A stretch of 40,105 nt of DNA from Clostridia bacterium (GTDB taxonomy: Bacteria > Bacillota > Clostridia > Christensenellales > UBA1242), in the NCBI GenBank assembly GCA_028694075.1, contig JAQUUD010000001.1, forward strand, positions 1-40,105. The letters run 5' to 3'. Below the pieces are notes generated by a model. That model made no database searches, was not told the origin of the DNA, and saw only the letters and a program-made list of their open reading frames with translations. Numbering within the stretch: the first letter of the stretch is position 1; every line of letters starts with the position of its first letter. Of the stretch, positions 35,433 to 40,105 are shown piece by piece. The translations under genes and the position numbers were made by a program.

Positions 35433-35488
35433 AAGAAAAGCAAAAAATCTCCAGATAATTATCTAGGAGATTTTTTGCTTTTTTTATT
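35433..35488. terminator. Long perfect hairpin, bidirectional rho-independent terminator
   Basis: aaaagcaaaaaatctcc-agataattatcta-ggagattttttgctttt, with A-runs and T-runs on both sides. Confidence 0.75.
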
Positions 35489-35700
35489 ATTTGTTATTAG
35501 AAAAATTTTATGCATTTGTGATATTAATTCCATTTTAAATATTCGCAATACAAACTTTTTTAGTAGATAATTATTAAGGCTGGGCTGTGTGCCCAAACTC
35601 AAAAACGAAAATCAAAAAAATATGAGGGCACACGTATTTAAGCATTCATTGTTGAAATGCCCACTCAAACTAAAATTCAAAATTGATATTATGCCTTAAA

Positions 35701-35731
35701 TCAAAAAAATCTGCGAGACTTTCACAGATTA
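35701..35731 (-). terminator. Rho-independent terminator of the rplQ operon end
   Basis: The minus strand reads aatctgtgaaagtctcgcagatt followed by TTTTTTTG. Confidence 0.6.
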
Positions 35732-35883
35732 TTATTTTTATTTAACTATGATATTAAAATTTCGATAATATTAATCTAGGTCTATTTTTTCAATCAATTC
35801 CTTAAATTAAATTTATAAAACTAATTTATTTAAAAACTAATTTTTACCGAAACTGATTGAACATTTAATTAATAATCAAACCA

Positions 35884-36393
35884 CTAAACAAGTTCAATTA
35901 TAACATTTTGTGCGCCGTCACCTCTACGTTGGTCAATTTTATAAATTCTTGTATATCCGCCTGCGCTACCTGTTTCTTTATTTCTTTCGGCATACTTTGG
36001 TGCATACACATTGAATATTTTTTCTATTAAAGGGTGATTGATACCTTCGGTTCTTTTCTTAAAGTTAACATTACTTTCTTTTGGCAGTTTCTGCTCTTGA
36101 ACATTATATAAAAAACTCATTAACGCACGCCTTGCTGTCAATTTTTTAGGGCCGTCATTTATAACTTCCCTTTCAGCCTTAATGCCTTTTTCATCTTTTA
36201 TTGTTTTTGTTACTTTAACAGAATCCTCATATGAATTTATTGCCAACGTTAAAAGTTTTTCCGCTTTTGCTTGCACAGATTTGGCTCTCGCTTCCGTTGT
36301 TTTTATTTTTCCATGCCAAAGCAAGTATGTTACTTGATTTCTTATAAGTGCCATTCTTTCTTTGGTTGGCAATCCTAATTTACTGTTACCCAT
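35884..36393 (-). CDS. rplQ: 50S ribosomal protein L17 (long form with internal insertion)
   Basis: KTTEARAKSVQAKAEKLLTLA ... GGYTRIYKIDQRRGDGAQNVIIELV. At 169 aa it is longer than the usual ~115-130 aa. Confidence 0.92.
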   Translation of the reverse strand: MGNSKLGLPTKERMALIRNQVTYLLWHGKIKTTEARAKSVQAKAEKLLTLAINSYEDSVKVTKTIKDEKGIKAEREVINDGPKKLTARRALMSFLYNVQEQKLPKESNVNFKKRTEGINHPLIEKIFNVYAPKYAERNKETGSAGGYTRIYKIDQRRGDGAQNVIIELV

Positions 36394-36405
36394 AATTTCT
36401 CCCTT

Positions 36406-37359
36406 TTATTCTTCTTCTTCTCTCAGTCCAAGACCGAATACTTCAAGTTTTTGGACAACTTCTTCGATAGACTTTAACCCCAAATTACGAACTTTCAACA
36501 TGTCAGTTCTTGATTTGTTAACTAAATCTTCAACTGTGTTTATATTTGCACGTTTCAAGCAATTGTATGACCTAACTGAAAAGTCCATTTCTTCAATCGG
36601 CATTTCCATTACTTTTGACTGCAAGTCATCTTCCTTCGGTTTAAGTACATTAACTTCTGATAAAGTTCCATTCAATTCGGTAAACATTGAAATATGTTCG
36701 TTAATTATTTTTCCAGCCAATGCAACAACATCTTTTGCCGACATTGAACCATTGGTTTTAACTTCCAAAATCAACTTGTCATAATTAATATTTTGCCCAA
36801 CACGGGTGTTCTCCACATTAGGAATAACATTTAAAACAGGTGAATAAAGCGAATCTATTGCAATATATTCAATGCTGTCAATTCTTTCTTTGTTGATAAC
36901 ATTAGGAACATATCCCCTGCCTTTGCCAACTAAAATTTCCATATCGATGCTGGATTTTTGATCTAATGTGCAAATATGCAAGTCCGGATTTAATATTTCA
37001 ACTAAATCGTTCTGTTCAAAATCTCCGGCTTTGATTTCACCCGGGGTGTTTCTTTTAAGCCTAAGTATTGTGGTAAATTCTCTATTTAAGTCTGATGTTT
37101 TAAGCACCATTTGCTTAACATTTAAAACAATGTCAACCACATCTTCACTAACACCCGGTATTGTTGAAAACTCGTGTTGCACTCCAGCGATTTTTATGCC
37201 AATCGGAGCAATTCCCGGCATTGCAGAAAGCAATGTTCTTCTAAGGCAGTTGCCAATTGTTATGCCGTACCCTTTTTCAAGCGGTTCCACAATAAATTTT
37301 GCAAAACATGCATTTTCAGATTCTTCACAAGTTAACTTTGGTTTTTCAATTTCAATCAT
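36406..37359 (-). CDS. rpoA: DNA-directed RNA polymerase subunit alpha
   Basis: MIEIEKPK...GYGITIGNCLRRTLLSAMPG... with a C-terminal domain SVRSYNCLKRANINTVEDLV. Confidence 0.96.
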   Translation of the reverse strand: MIEIEKPKLTCEESENACFAKFIVEPLEKGYGITIGNCLRRTLLSAMPGIAPIGIKIAGVQHEFSTIPGVSEDVVDIVLNVKQMVLKTSDLNREFTTILRLKRNTPGEIKAGDFEQNDLVEILNPDLHICTLDQKSSIDMEILVGKGRGYVPNVINKERIDSIEYIAIDSLYSPVLNVIPNVENTRVGQNINYDKLILEVKTNGSMSAKDVVALAGKIINEHISMFTELNGTLSEVNVLKPKEDDLQSKVMEMPIEEMDFSVRSYNCLKRANINTVEDLVNKSRTDMLKVRNLGLKSIEEVVQKLEVFGLGLREEEE

Positions 37360-37382
37360 CGTAATTTTAAATCTCCTTTTTA

Positions 37383-38003
37383 TTATCTTGAATACAATTC
37401 GATAATTAAGTGTTCACTGATATTCATATCAATATCTTCGCGTTTTGGTAATGCTAAAACTTTTCCTGTTAAGGTTTCGGCATTAAATTCAACCCATTTC
37501 GGCATAACCATTTTCATACCTTTCAATGACTTAAACATTTCTAGTTCTTGTTTGTTTTCTTTAATTGTTATTACATCGCCAACTTTAACACTGTAAGACG
37601 GAATATTAACATTTTTGTTATTGACAGTTATATGTCCGTGACTTACGATTTGACGGCATTCTGCGCGTGAAGCACCAATACCCATTCTATAAACCACATT
37701 GTCAAGCCTTCTTTCAATCAAGGAAAGCATATTTTCGCCGACAATGCCTTTCATTTTTTCGGCTTTTTCATAATATTCTCTAAACTGTTTTTCTAATATT
37801 CCGTATGCTCTTTTCATCTTTTGTTTTTCACGAAGTTGAGTTCCGTACTGAGTAACTTTTTTTCTACCTTCACCATGTTGACCAGGTACTGCTGGACGAC
37901 GTTCAACTGAACATTTTTTAGTGGTGCAACGTTCCCCTTTCAAAAACAATTTACAGCCTTCTCGCCTGCATTGACGACATTTTGCATCAAGTAATCTTGC
38001 CAT
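37383..38003 (-). CDS. rpsD: 30S ribosomal protein S4
   Basis: The start was trimmed to MARLLDAKCRQCRREG (ATG 38003, ggagaaaatATG). An S4 domain is present. Confidence 0.95.
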   Translation of the reverse strand: MARLLDAKCRQCRREGCKLFLKGERCTTKKCSVERRPAVPGQHGEGRKKVTQYGTQLREKQKMKRAYGILEKQFREYYEKAEKMKGIVGENMLSLIERRLDNVVYRMGIGASRAECRQIVSHGHITVNNKNVNIPSYSVKVGDVITIKENKQELEMFKSLKGMKMVMPKWVEFNAETLTGKVLALPKREDIDMNISEHLIIELYSR

Positions 38004-38014
38004 ATTTTCTCCTT

Positions 38015-38407
38015 TTATAACCTTCTTGCTTTCGGTGCACGGCAACCATTATGTGCAACCGGCGACACGTCTCGAATCATTGTAACATTAAAATCCAGCG
38101 AAGACAAAGCCCTGATTGCTGCTTCTCTTCCATTGCCTGGACCTTTAACATAAACTTCAACCGATCTTAAGCCCTGCTCTTTTGCGGCTTTTCCCGCTTC
38201 TTCAACACATTGCTGTGAGGCAAAAGGTGTTCTTTTTTTAGAACCTTTAAACCCAAATTTTCCTGTGCTTGCCCAAGACAAAGTGTTCCCAGCCATATCT
38301 GTAAATGTAACGATTGTATTTTTAAATGATGCCTGAATATGAACCTGACCCTTGTCGATTGACTTTGTTACTCTTTTCTTTTTTGTTGTTTTTTTCACAA
38401 CTGCCAT
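38015..38407 (-). CDS. rpsK: 30S ribosomal protein S11
   Basis: [30 protein letters not shown]...[13 protein letters not shown]. Confidence 0.96.
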   Translation of the reverse strand: MAVVKKTTKKKRVTKSIDKGQVHIQASFKNTIVTFTDMAGNTLSWASTGKFGFKGSKKRTPFASQQCVEEAGKAAKEQGLRSVEVYVKGPGNGREAAIRALSSLDFNVTMIRDVSPVAHNGCRAPKARRL

Positions 38408-38419
38408 TTTTATCTCCTA

Positions 38420-38806
38420 TTACTTACCTTTATTACCTTTGATTGCGCTTCCGCCCACTGCTTTTTTCGGACCTTTATGTGTTCGTGCATTATTTTTTGT
38501 GTTTTGCCCACGAACAGGAAGTCCTTTTCTGTGGCGAATGCCCCTGTAAGAACCAATTTCAGATAATCGCTTAATATTCATTGAAATTTCTTTTCTAAGT
38601 TCGCCCTCAACATGATAATTCTTATCAATGTATTGTCTTAATTTAGCAATATCATTTTCGTCCAAATCCTTCACTCTGATATCCGGACTGATACCTGTTT
38701 CTGCAAGTATTTTATTTGAGGCAACTCTGCCAATTCCATAAATACTCGTTAATCCGATTTCAATGCGTTTTTCTCTTGGCAAATCCACGCCACCAATTCT
38801 TGCCAT
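38420..38806 (-). CDS. rpsM: 30S ribosomal protein S13
   Basis: [27 protein letters not shown]... Confidence 0.96.
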   Translation of the reverse strand: MARIGGVDLPREKRIEIGLTSIYGIGRVASNKILAETGISPDIRVKDLDENDIAKLRQYIDKNYHVEGELRKEISMNIKRLSEIGSYRGIRHRKGLPVRGQNTKNNARTHKGPKKAVGGSAIKGNKGK

Positions 38807-38927
38807 TTAATTTTCCTCCAAAATTTTTTTTGTTTTTATGTTAGTTAATTCTTAATTTTTAAATTTTATATAGTTCAAACAGAAGTTACCTAAATTTTAC
38901 TCTTCTGATACGATAAGTAATATAAAA

Positions 38928-39041
38928 TTAACCCTGTGTTTGTTTATGCTTTTTGTTGGGGCATATAACCATAACTTTTCCTTCTCTTTTTATAACCTTG
39001 CATTTATTGCAAATTGGTTTTACTGATGCTCTAACTTTCAC
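38928..39041 (-). CDS. rpmJ: 50S ribosomal protein L36 (GTG start; not in the ORF track)
   Basis: The minus strand translates to (V/M)[36 protein letters not shown]. The RBS is gaaaggagaaatatcGTG. It sits at the expected position between infA and rpsM. Confidence 0.9.
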   Translation of the reverse strand: MKVRASVKPICNKCKVIKREGKVMVICPNKKHKQTQG

Positions 39042-39120
39042 GATATTTCTCCTTTCGGTTGTTTCTTAATTTTTATTAATTCTCATTTATGATTTTTTGT
39101 TTTGTTATTTAAGTGCAAAT

Positions 39121-39348
39121 TTATTTAGTGTCATGTCTCCAAGTTATTCGCCCTTGTGTTAAGTCGTAAGGACTCATTTCCACGGTTACACGGTCGCCTT
39201 CAAGCAAGCGAATGTATTTTGCCATTCTGATTCTGCCTGAAATATGTGCTCTTATTACATGTCCGTTGGTTAATTTGACCATAAAAATTGTGTTGGGTAA
39301 AACTTGCTGTATTACACCTTCAAGAATGATTACATCATCTTTAGACAT
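39121..39348 (-). CDS. infA: Translation initiation factor IF-1
   Basis: [41 protein letters not shown]... Confidence 0.96.
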   Translation of the reverse strand: MSKDDVIILEGVIQQVLPNTIFMVKLTNGHVIRAHISGRIRMAKYIRLLEGDRVTVEMSPYDLTQGRITWRHDTK

Positions 39349-39361
39349 TATTTGCTCCTTT

Positions 39362-40105
39362 TTAAAGTGTGAGAATTTCTACGCCGAGTTTTGTAACAAA
39401 AACTGTGTTTTCATAATGCGCTGAGGGCAAGCCATCTTTTGTTTTTATTGTCCAGCCATCTCGTTCCATATATATTTCCTTTTGCCCCATATTTATCATT
39501 GGTTCGATTGCTAAGAAAATGTTTTCAGGAATGATTATACCGTCAGTTGCTTTTCCATAGTTTGGGATATCCGGTGCCTCGTGCAGTTTTTTGCCTATGC
39601 CGTGTCCGATTAATTCCCTAACCACACTGGAACCATTTCTTTCGGCGTGTTTTTGTATTGCCTCTGAAACGCAACCCAGTCTTTCACCAATTTTGAGTGC
39701 TTCAATTCCTTTAAAAAAACATTGCTCAGTTACATCAATCAGTTTTTGTTTTTCTTCCGATATGTTGCCAACTGGAAACGTTCTTGCGGCATCACCGTGA
39801 TAACCTTTAAAGTTTGCACCTACGTCGAACCCTACAATGTCGCCCTCTTTTAAAATTATTTTATCAGATGGAATGCCGTGAACAACACTTTCATTCAGCG
39901 AGATGCAAGCACTTCCGGGAAAGCCATTATAATTTAAAAATGACGGTTTTGCGCCACTGTCTATTATAAACATTTTTATCTGTTTGTCAAGAAACATCGT
40001 GGAAATGCCCGGTTTTATCAGATTTTTAGCGAAATTCAAAGCATTTTTTGTAATCTCGCCGGCTTTTCTCATCATTGCAATGTCATAATCAGTTTTTGCT
40101 ATCAA
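39362..40105 (-). CDS. map: Methionine aminopeptidase type I (N-terminus at or beyond the window edge)
   Basis: It has the metal-ligand context [23 protein letters not shown] and ...FLAIEPMI. The ORF runs to the last base of the window. Confidence 0.92.
   Translation of the reverse strand: MIAKTDYDIAMMRKAGEITKNALNFAKNLIKPGISTMFLDKQIKMFIIDSGAKPSFLNYNGFPGSACISLNESVVHGIPSDKIILKEGDIVGFDVGANFKGYHGDAARTFPVGNISEEKQKLIDVTEQCFFKGIEALKIGERLGCVSEAIQKHAERNGSSVVRELIGHGIGKKLHEAPDIPNYGKATDGIIIPENIFLAIEPMINMGQKEIYMERDGWTIKTKDGLPSAHYENTVFVTKLGVEILTL

Overview
AT-rich chromosomal segment from a spore-forming Firmicute, probably Clostridia-like: it has a class-A RNase P RNA, sleB-ypeB, spoIIR and veg. Most genes are housekeeping genes on the minus strand. 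From left to right these are tex, rnpB, tRNA-Trp/rnhA, an MscS channel, a membrane class-III nucleotidyl cyclase, a Rho-derived protein, germination and sporulation genes, nifU-nifS flanked by two paralogous secreted proteins, hpf, clpC, mtaD, acpS, recX and a yigZ-like gene. These are followed by a NifU-like/GGGtGRT pair, two tandem paralogous unknown genes, and the distal ribosomal operon (map-infA-rpmJ-rpsM-rpsK-rpsD-rpoA-rplQ). I saw no phage, transposase, CRISPR or recognisable defence genes. The unusual content is non-coding and falls into two classes. (1) Three large GC-rich, strand-asymmetric (T-poor on +) hierarchical tandem-repeat arrays at about 3147-3730, 9957-10282 and 25959-26216. 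They share the cores GCGAGCGGGCG and CAAACGG(A/G)C, and there are also solo or degenerate copies. (2) Four complete and one window-truncated nested perfect palindromes of about 95-107 nt. Each has an 11-15 bp GC-rich closing stem enclosing exactly three perfect hairpins, giving a cloverleaf or four-way-junction architecture. The architecture is conserved but the arm sequences are not. All copies lie at the 3' ends of transcription units, and one directly abuts a GC-rich array. I do not recognise either class as a described family. Secondary observations are an rnhA start codon that directly abuts the CCA end of tRNA-Trp, a Rho homologue lacking Walker A/B motifs, and a likely leaderless pair of unknown paralogues.
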